64,000 nucleotides of DNA from Sphagnum compactum (Eukaryota): contig OZ234493.1 in the NCBI GenBank assembly GCA_965153455.1, positions 744,001 through 808,000 of the forward strand, given 5' to 3'. Made by a program: the position numbers and the translations under genes. Shown here one piece after another: positions 54,328 through 64,000 of this stretch. A model generated the notes under the pieces. The model had not been told where the DNA came from, did not search any database, and saw only the letters and a list, made by a program, of their open reading frames with translations. Position 1 is the stretch's first letter. Every line of letters starts with the position of its first letter.

Positions 54328-55262
54328 GCACACAATTGTAAACTAGGTATAAAACAATTTAAAAATAGTGTAATCAACACCTTCGCACTCAATGGACTCT
54401 TAAAAAGAATTAAAATTATCTAAAGGTGACATGTTTATGAAATTTTTTGAAACAAGTATTTACGTAATAATATAATGCAACATATTTTTGAATCTTAAGA
54501 TTCTTATGTTGACTTGTAAATCATCAATTTAAGAATATTTCTTGAAGTATCTAATCGAATTTTGCTCTTGACTAGCTAACCCACTATTCTTAGACAAAGC
54601 AAGTTGGCAATGGTTCATTTTAACATGGATTTACCCACCGATAAGAATTTTCAAAAAGGGTTCATTCAACATTTCAAATCTCCAATTAGTGCCCCCATCC
54701 TATTTGTCAAAAAAATGCATGGTTTTTTTCCAAAGGATAACCTTACTTACATCATTTTTGGTGATCACATTCACAAGAACCTTCCAATCACCCCTTTAAA
54801 TTAGCTTGATTAATAAGGATCAACAATTTGATGGTCACCCAATGTTGAAGTTGTGCCCTTTCACTCTATGAAAGCTTAATTCAAAATAACCTCACTTCAT
54901 TCATGTGTACCTTTCCAAACCATTTATTTTGGGAACAAATGCTTTTATTTTGCATTAAGAGTTACACTCTCACAAACTAGAAAATATGTTGTTTTTCATT
55001 TCCTTGGTTTTCATTCTTGTAAAAATTTCACATTTAAAAAATAAATAAAAATTAACCATGATATTCATGACAAATAAGATCTTGGTTATTGATGATGCAT
55101 GTGAGGAATGACATTGTTTGCTTGAAGGAGCTCAACATGAAATCATAATGTTTTCAAACCACAAGAAACTTTCATATTTCATGAGTTTTCATCTATTGAC
55201 TTGACATCAAGCTCAAAGGGCATTGTCATTGTTTTTCATTTTGTTATCATGTATTATCTTTA
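53590..55262 (+). mobile_element. Degenerate Ty3/gypsy pol remnants (RT N-terminus and RNase H), interrupted by other insertions
   Basis: 53608-53700 encodes MINLEEGAQPSIGYIYNLLENELVAI*KYIN; 54640-54728 continues DKNFQKGFIQHFKSPISAPILFVKK; ~55088-55230 encodes IDDACEE*HCLLEGAQHEIIMFSNHKKLSYFM..LLT*HQAQRAL. These match the gypsy patterns IDL..GA.PP.GPIY.LS..EL, KGFI..SKSP..APILFVKK and WRH.LEG....VYSDHKNL.YF. Confidence 0.8.
54295..54324. repeat. (TA)n microsatellite
   Basis: About 15 copies. Confidence 0.9.
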
Positions 55263-58013
55263 GAAACAAAGAAAATTAAATGCAGGAAGAATCATGGTAA
55301 AATAGATTTAAAATGTAATCTTTTCAAAATCCAATTTTTGAACTATATATACATATATATATATATAACATGTTAAGTTTCATTATGAAAATGTTATGCT
55401 TTCAAACATTAAATTTATGGTAAATTGAATTTTAAAAATAAAATAAAATAAGTAACAAATGGGTTTGGAACTAAATTGTTACATATTTTGTTTGAAACTT
55501 TATTTGACCCTAGAATTTTAATATCGTAATGTGCTAGCAAATTTGGTGGTAATTAGTTATTAGAAAAATAATTCAACATTTTTGAAAAATTATGAAGTGC
55601 AATTAAGGTGAATTTAAAGAGTAAAAAATACACATTAATAGTTTTTTAATGTATGTGTTGAATTCTCAAAAGAAAATATATTAATTATTTGGCATTGATG
55701 TGTTGAAATTGTTAACACAATACAATATAATTTGATATAACCTACAAAAATTGAAAGTCCATAACTACATTTTAGGGTTCATGACTACTCCATTAACTTG
55801 AAAGTAGATCAATATTCATCTTCACACAACCTACCTTGTAAGGTGTGACATTTGCCAACATTTTAAAATTTCTATTTAAACTTATTTAAACATGTGGTTC
55901 TCAAATAACATTATAACAAAGTCAAAGAACATGTTCATATTGATCATTGAAATAAATACTATTTCTAATATCAATATATGAAGGCTTATTTTATGGCTAC
56001 TTCCCATTTATCATGCAAATGTCACAAGCAATCCACTTATGTCGCACCATGCTTTCACCCATGCATTATTTTGCCACTTTTACCTCACACTTAAGATCCT
56101 AAGGAAAGAGATGAGGCTTAAAATCAACAATGTGATGGTGTTATCAAGCATGGACACTTTCAACATGAAGCTTCGAATTCTTGATGACAAAGTGTTTTTC
56201 AATTGCATTCTTGAAAAATTGGTGAAGGCTTTTATTTTTATTAATATCAAGAGTCATTTGGAAAACCTTAAATAGTGTAGATGAAAAAAGGGCAAATGCC
56301 AAATATTAGAAATCATAAATAAAAGCCTCTTCACCAAAATTGGGCTCTATATTGAACGATGTCAAGACTAAAGTGTGATAGATGTGAAGGGGATCAAGTG
56401 ATGGGCATAGTGTTATGAGATAGAAGGTTTGAGCAAAGATGTTGGTCAACATGGCTTGCAGTTGAAGGGTGTCTAAAATTTGAGTTTGCATTTGTTGAAA
56501 ATGATGGCATATGAGGATTGAATTGAGTTTAGGCATAGTTGCATTTGTAAATTTGTAGTGTCAAAAGTCGACATCTCAAACTTGGCTCATAAAAAGAAGG
56601 TAAATTGTGCAAGTGCAAACCTCCTCTTCGACCCATGGTAAGGATTATGAAGGGGTCAAATGAACCATCTGCACTAACAAATAGTACTTAGGAAAGGATT
56701 GCATTTTTGGAGCTTCTTGATCAATATGTAACTTTGGGGAATTGATTCGAACAATAGTATGTGAATTCGATGAATTGAATGCAAATTGAAAAAGAGGGGC
56801 TAATAAGAAGATGGGCGTGTGGGGAGGCTGTTTAATAAGAGAATATTTGAGCACACAATCAAGCAAAACAAGAACATGCGGTTGCTTGATGTCGAAGATG
56901 GTATTGACTAAAGGGGCACTATGGGTTTTGGTAAGAAATTGATGAGAGTTGAATTATTAATTTATAAGCATTTTCCATAAATTGTACAAATTGTGGAATA
57001 TTGGGCGGTGACATGAGGAAAAGAGGTGTGGCCATAGGTATGTCTAGATGGGAATAAGGGCATCCATATGTAGTTGGCACATTGGGGATGGGAAAAAGGG
57101 TCAACCAAAAGAGATTTTTTAACAATTACCCATGTAAATTAGGCATTTTGAAAACAAAAAATATATTTTATTTTGGTTGCTAAGACTAACAGGTGGGTCC
57201 AAAAATGATTAGTCAATAATTAGTCCATGTGCGGGCTAATGGACCATTAGCCCAAATTTGTGTTTAGGGTGAAGGGGTTGTGGTGGGGGATGGTGTTATG
57301 GGTTGGGCAATAATCAAATCATCTCTAATTGGGGAGCTTGATACATAATCAAAGGAATTTCTTTTACAAGTTTTCTTTTGAAATCTCTTGATTTAAAAGC
57401 AAATTGCAAAAAATTATGAGCCCCCAAAGTTGCAAGGTTCATAATTTGGCAATTTGGGGACTCCCTTTTAAAAGTTCCAAGAAAAATGAGCATTTGAATG
57501 TAACCTCGCAAAGACCTATATAATATAGTAATTAACTAATTTTGAGTTTTTTTGGAACTTGGTGGTCACGACCAAGTTTTCTACCAAATTTGAAACAAAA
57601 TATTGTTAATATCTACTTATTGAATCATCTAGTGATGCAAAACATTATTAATCTTTTTCATCATTTAGAGGCCTCCAAATCAAAAAAAATCTTCAATTTT
57701 TCAACTTTCAAATGATTAATGATTAATTTTGAATTTTTCAAAATCCTAAACTTTCTTCAACTCCAAGGCACATCGACCAACAATAAAATCTTGCATATTA
57801 ATTATACATCTTTTATACATGTTTTAAATGCACAACTATACTAACTTATGAAAAATAGATTTCACACAACTATTAATATCAAATTGTGGCCCAAGAAGCT
57901 TGTGATGTTCATCAAGTATGAATTTAGTTTAGTTTTGTTATCTCATTATCCCTTGTTTGATTAAACGACTATAATTTTTACCAAAGGTTTAGGGGTTTAT
58001 GTTGTGTGTCTTA

Positions 58014-58225
58014 GGGTGCATTCACACTTGATGTTAAGTCAGTGTTAAATGAAAATCTAGGTGGCATCTTCGGTGGCACACAATGTTAAATAAGTGATAG
58101 TTTAATGTTAAGTGAATGTTAGCTCAACATCATATCTTCATGATAGGTAGGTTTAAGCCCTAAATGACTAACATGACAGTAGTGACTCAACACTAAAATC
58201 CCTAGCACCAAGTGCAAACACACCT
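58014..58225. mobile_element. Tourist/PIF-Harbinger-like MITE, ~212 bp
   Basis: Imperfect 25-bp TIRs: left GGGTGCATTCACACTTGATGTTAAG versus reverse complement of the right end AGGTGTGTTTGCACTTGGTGCTAGG, with all mismatches transitions. Flanks are TTA and TGA (near-TWA TSD). Confidence 0.6.
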
Positions 58226-59736
58226 TGAATTGATTGGGCAGGTGGACCTTCAACATACAAAATTAAGTAATATTAGAAATACAAACCACTCTACAAACCT
58301 TTCTTTTCGGGGCAAATGAGGGCAGGGGGTGACCAGGAACTAAACAGATTTTGGTGGAGAGGTGAACTCTGATCTTCTGTTTGGTGGTGTCGTTGAGCAG
58401 CTGGGCTATCCAAGCTTGAAGTTCTTTTTCATGATGAAGGGCTTAGAGCATTGGTGGTCAAAAATTCAGTTCATTCTTGGAAACATCCTTCAGAGATGAT
58501 ATTGTTATACATCAGTACTGTAACACATCTCAATGCACATTTAAAGAGACAATGTCTATGTTGTTGGAGAAAGCGCTTGACAATTGATCTTAAGGAATAC
58601 CAAGAAAGATGAACCCTGCCATACACAAACTGTGGAAGGAACACTCCTGCCATACAGAGATGATGTGATAATATGATATACAGGTGCTTCAGCATAGTTG
58701 TGTACTGATTGCTTGCACACACTGATTGCACCCGAGGCACTTTTTACTGCAACCACATACTGACAAAGATATGAAATGCATGATGAGATGGTGAAAGGTG
58801 AGTGATTCCACACTCCAAGAGAGCACATCATGTTTTCCTCATTCGATTGGGTGAGCCTGAGTTCATAGCTAAATCACCCTTGACAATCAAGGGGATTCAG
58901 CACCCACCAATGCACCATCCATTGCTATGACTCAGTCATGGACGAACCATAACTGAGTTATCACAGTTCCCCCTTTGTAACCTCTCCTGTAAACCCTCCT
59001 ACTTCCCCCTCACACTACCTTGATAGCTATTGCCCAGTGCAGGTTCTTACTCTGCTAATGCCTTCATCCTAGGGCCTTACCCTACATATACCATAAACCA
59101 ACCTCACATACTCTGAAATCCACGGACAATCTTCACAAACATCTTCCTACTACTGTGTGCATGTAGTAATTGTTAGGAGATAAAGACCAGATTCAGATAC
59201 ATCATTTTGATAACCGAATTATACATAAAATCCCAATGTCAAATTGTACAAACACTGGGAGTATGCTACCACATGTTTATATGAGCAACACGAAACTACC
59301 TGGATGGATGTCATGGTGGGAACTGATGCACCGCAATTGAGCAACATGCCAAACACATAAACTGAGGGATCTTCCATGCAAAAGGAACCATGATAGCTGC
59401 TACTTTCCTAAGCTCAGTGCCATCAACCCTCCCTGGTAACCTTCACAACAAGATGTAAGAATACCACTGCAGCATGATTAGTCAATGCTGGTTGCATGTG
59501 TTCCACAGGGCAGAAACAGTGGCAAGATTCACAATCACGAACTCAAAATTTTTGGACTTAGGCATGTTTTTCAGCACTGAACTAGAAAGTGTGAAAGGAT
59601 AGATTGTCTGTCACTCCTGTTTTGTTTGCACTGAACTTGGCAACTTGCTACCTGCTTTGTTGAACTCACGATCACACTTAACATATGATGACGAGTCATC
59701 CAAGAGACATCACATCCTCCTCACTTGCACAGTCAC

Positions 59737-62700
59737 TCATTCATCAACAACATTCACCAGTTCATATTCAACAAGTGACAGATTGTTTTCCTCCTTCACA
59801 ACAAAGTCAGCAGGTTCAGCAACCTCAACCCTTCCCCATTTATCAACTGCAAGTCGCATGGAGCCCTTGAACATGTCGATCTTTGCATTCCGTATGATGA
59901 CTGTAACCCCTTCCTTCATCAAGTCCACTGCATATTCAATCCACAAGACATGCCAACAATAATATTAAGTCTCAGCGCTTTGAATGTGCCCTGCCTCTAT
60001 AGACCAGAGTTCACTAGACACTCTCATAAGTTGAGACCTTAACTCTTCACAACATTCCAAGACTGAGAATACTACTGGACCAATACAGGCCTTTTGAGTT
60101 GATCATTGCAGAGAAATAGAAGTTGGAACTACAGAGCTTCAAGATCCTGAAAGTAGTGAATGAGGTTGCATGTTCAAGTAGTACCCAACAAGATGACTGC
60201 ATACTGTCACAAAATGAGCAGTGTGTACCTGCTGGGAGCCAAAATTCTAGAGACTAATGCTACCAACTGATCATTTGCAAGCTTGCAAGAACAAAACATG
60301 CCAAGCAGATGTGCTAGCAAAAGCATCCAATCAACCCACCTACCTTGGCCTAAAAAGCAGTGAGCAACTTGACATGCACATATCGGATCCAAAGACTGTA
60401 GTAATTCGCATCAGGACCAGTACCAGCAAGAACATATCTATGAAATTGTAAACTCCACAACAGCACCTTATATGTAACAAGACAATGACTGCAGTGATGA
60501 TGTTATAAGAGTTGATCACAACACATCAGACCATTGTGAATAGCAGTGCCAGGCTGCCATGCCTCCCCACTGACTTCATCCACTGAATGGTGGGTGTACA
60601 CTGTAGATAAGTATATAATAATGTGCCAAAAATATCAGGCAACCTATTATACAATCATCTGTTTCCCAAGTTTCCAGAACCAACATGAAGACACAATCAT
60701 GACATTGGCCAGCAACAACCTCCAAAAGCACATCCAAAGATGCAGCAACATACTTCAGCATCCCTGAAACCAGAAGATGGTTAACGACGCCCCAGTTTCA
60801 CTTGCTGAAGTAGTTGGTTAGAAGGTGGTTACATCCAATCTCCACCCAACAAACTAGGGAAAATACAAATCTTCTTCAGTACCAAGAACTTCTTCATACT
60901 TATGATTTTAGTCAACCTGAATAGAACTCAGGGAGGATGAAGTTCCAAAGACTTCAGATCTGAGAACACATCAATGCAAAGGAAATAAAGGAAAACCAAC
61001 CCTAAAAAACAGATAAAACAAAACCTAAGGAGCAATTTGAACAACAGCAGCACTCACACAAAGGTTCAGAGGCCTTCAACAGCCGCTGATAATATGCCCA
61101 GTGACTTCATCTGCCCTTCATCAGCTCTTGCAAGTGAGGACAATGTCACACATTAACCATGTTATGAATTTCTGTCATAAGACTGGCAGTCACCAGAAGA
61201 CTCAGCCATAATGCTGGCTAGCCCAACAAAAGGTAAAAGAGAAGGAAAAGACTGATGAAACCAAGAAGTAAGAGGAACACAAAAGAGAAAGAAAGAAACC
61301 TCACAAGAAATGAGGAAGGAAAAACAGAGAAACAAGATTGAAAACTGTGGTAGCACAACCTTTTGAGCAAATAGTGGGCTCTAAAAACCTCCCCACTGAA
61401 GATTAAGAAGCCCTTGAAAATAGATTTTTGACAATTCAAAAGGTGCACACACCAAACATAAATATTTCTTTGTTAAGCAAACCTTTGATTGTCTTATTAT
61501 AAAACTTGAAAGGGTGATAGTTCTTCTTCAGAGGAGTAATTAAGCTCTGCTGGCAGAGAGCTTTTGTCTAGAAAGCCTTAAGAACCTTAGAAATTGACTA
61601 CAGACCACTGCAAATTCTGTAGAATCTAAAATTTTGGAATTGGCACAGGGGTAAACAAATCATGTTAATACCTACTTCTTCTGGCTGAGAATTCTTATAA
61701 AAATTGTAAATGTGTAACCATGGATATTAATGGATCCAAGAATTGCAACAGAAGCCACTAAAAAGTACAATTAATCTCACAATTATTTTTAGGGATTATA
61801 ACATTGCTGATAGAGTCTAGATATTATCAAGTAGGAGAAATCATGGATATCAGAAACTAAAAGGTTGTCTACAAACCATATTGCTAAGGATAATTTAGGA
61901 CAAGAATTAGGCTTTGTAAGAAGATCCAAAAATTTGAACTCATATATGAAGAGGTTGAAGCTACCTAACAAAACTGCACAGCTAGCACCCTGTTCAGTTG
62001 GGATCCCAACCAACTGCTCAAAAACTGACTAACCAAACAGCAAAGTTGTGAACTGACCAGATTGCTAAGGGCAGTTATTTGGAGGCACATAAGGTAATGG
62101 GCTGCCCTGGGCAAACTGTGAGGTATGCAGGGCTTGTTTGAAGAAAGCAAAATGATGCGAGAGCCACACCAAACCAAGTTGAATGGACCTCTGAGACAAA
62201 GCTCAAACCATACAAAAAACATCATGCCCAAAAATCCCTCACAACAATTGATCGTGCAGTGACAAACCACATAATCCTGAAAGCAGCATTCTCCTTCAAG
62301 CTATATTTCTCCCATCCCCACTGCTGTGTGTCCAATCTCGAAACACTAAAGATCACCAAAACTTTCTTGCAAAATAACGCTGTGCAAAAATAAGGAATCC
62401 GTCGGCCTATAAGTTCGTCTCCAACTGCAGTCACCAGGGACATCTCCATGAACCTAACATCCTTCTCTGCCGTCGCATACTAATGTCCAACCGTGCGTCT
62501 GAGTGGAAAACTATCCACAAGTTGTTCATTACCATCGCCAATGGCACCGGCTCTACTATTCTGTGACAGAAGTGGATGTAGCAGTTCCATCGACTGATGC
62601 AAGCCACCGAAAACCTACTAAAGCGAACACAAGAAAAACACGCAAGATAGGGCTTTCAGGAACTCAAAGGAAAGAATTCCCTCACCTTGCTCATTTCTGG

Positions 62701-62908
62701 CTGTGAACACAATAACCCCTGTATCGTCGCCAACCATACATTCGGCAATACGCACATGGCGCACCTGGTTACCATCAGGCCGCGCTTTCTGCAGAACCAG
62801 CTTAGCACTGACAACTTTCACTGTCAAAGTATGACCCGAAGTTCCAGGTCGCAGCTGATCCACCTTCGTAAATACCGGCTTCCGGAGAGGTGCATTCGTT
62901 GCTGCCAT
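59737..62908 (-). CDS. Small OB-fold nucleic-acid-binding protein, At4g28440-like, 137 aa
   Basis: Exon 1 62908-62686 (MAATNAPLRKPVFTKVDQLRPGTSGHTLTVKVV...RIAECMVGDDTGVIVFTARNEQ) and exon 2 59927-59737 (VDLMKEGVTVIIRNAKIDMFKGSMRLAVDKWGRVEV...NLSLVEYELVNVVDE), joined by a 2758-bp GT-AG intron. Confidence 0.93.
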
Positions 62909-63054
62909 ATCTTCTTCAAACAGACGTCTCACGGTTTCCCGCCACTCTCTTCCTGCTCTTCAAAACAGTCTAGTCAAAAACCCGGATCCGCGTGCACACA
63001 AGAAATCTGGTTGAAACACCAGCAGATTCTCAGCCAAAAGAAACCAAAAAAAAG

Positions 63055-63056
<2 letters not shown>

Positions 63057-63089
<33 letters not shown>

Positions 63090-63098
63090 AACAAACAA
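63057..63098. repeat. (CA)n followed by (CAAA)n microsatellite in the 5' region of the OB-fold gene
   Basis: Direct inspection. Confidence 0.85.
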
Positions 63099-63412
63099 AT
63101 GAAGTGAGGGCAAACCTGTGCAACACACCAAGATGAGAATACCACGACAACAAAGAGCCCAGCAGTCCGCTCCCTACTGCAACTTGCTCGTTTCCTCCGA
63201 CTCTCCAAAGAGATACAAACACACAAATACACACATATAACACGGTTTCTATTTTTCCTTCCTCTCGCCGATTTGCTCTTTAGCACCCGCAGCTCTCAAG
63301 GATACAAAATCCTTCAACGGAGGCAAGCAAAATCATTAGAAGCATGCAAACACACGAGAAAGCAAATGGCAAGGGTTTGATAAACTGTTTGCAGGCAAGA
63401 AGAAGTGGATGA

Positions 63413-64000
63413 GCGAGCAGCAGCGAGAATGAATGTTGGGGCATTTCTTCCTTCCGCAACGGTGTCGTCGACCTCCCAATTCATCATCCATCCACCTCCA
63501 CGCACCTATGTCCGGCCCGGTACACTAGATGGTTCCTCTCGCCTCGCGTACTATTGGTACTCAGCGAGCAGCACGGAGAATGAATGTTGGGCATTTCTTC
63601 CTTCCGCAATTGTGTCCACCTCCCAATTAATCATCCATCCACATCCACGTACCTAGGTCTGGCCCGGTACAGTAGCTGGTTCCCTGTCGGCTTCGCTTAT
63701 TACTCAGTGGCGTTTGTTTTCTTCTGGCGAGATTTCGCCAAAAACTGAAATTAAATATTAAAAATTCGAAAAATGAGTACTAGCTCGTTCCCTGTCGGCT
63801 CGCTTCCTACTCAGTGGCGGTTTGTTTTTCGCTGGCGATATTTCGCCGAAAGTGAAATTAAAAATTAAAAATTCGAAAAATAAGTACGAACTTATTCCCT
63901 GTCGCCTTGCTTACTACTCAGTGGCGTTTTTCTTTTGACTGGCGATATTTCGCCAAAAAGTGAAATTAAAAACTAAAAATTCGAAAAATACGTACTAGCT
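63413..64000. repeat. Compound tandem repeat: two ~150-bp copies followed by three ~108-bp copies, continuing past the window end
   Basis: GCGAGCAGCA..GAGAATGAATGTTGGG...GGCCCGGTACA at ~63413 and ~63563. TTCCCTGTCG...TACTCAGTGGCG...TTTCGCC..AA.TGAAATTAAA...AAAATTCGAAAAAT at ~63680, 63788 and 63895. Confidence 0.85.

Noticed and set aside
56030..57125. Degenerate LINE-like coding remnant
   Set aside because: Composition suggests decayed coding DNA, but no diagnostic RT or endonuclease motif could be read.

Overview
Eukaryotic land-plant nuclear DNA with spliced genes and AT-rich, repeat-laden intergenic DNA. An axoneme-type beta-tubulin and the repeat landscape suggest a flagellate-sperm bryophyte such as a moss; this is an inference. 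Six apparently intact protein genes were reconstructed by hand: a divergent VDAC porin (+, 4 exons), a beta-tubulin (+, 5 exons, one GC-AG intron), a SWI3A/B-type SWI/SNF subunit (+, 10 exons), an OBL1-like class-3 lipase (-, 6 exons), an EMSY-like ENT-Agenet protein with an intronless CDS (-), and an At4g28440-like OB-fold protein (-, 2 exons). Also present are a lipid-phosphate-phosphatase-beta pseudogene, a CACTA TnpA-like ORF, a decayed acidic repeat-protein exon, Ty3/gypsy pol remnants, MITE- and Helitron-like elements and many tandem repeats. No rRNA, tRNA or CRISPR array was found, and no wholly new system is demonstrated. The best leads are the sperm/axoneme-type beta-tubulin (DUO1-like promoter motif, GC-AG intron, intronic foldback), a perfect 29-bp long-range inverted repeat upstream of the VDAC CDS, the atypical VDAC itself and the retrogene-like EML.
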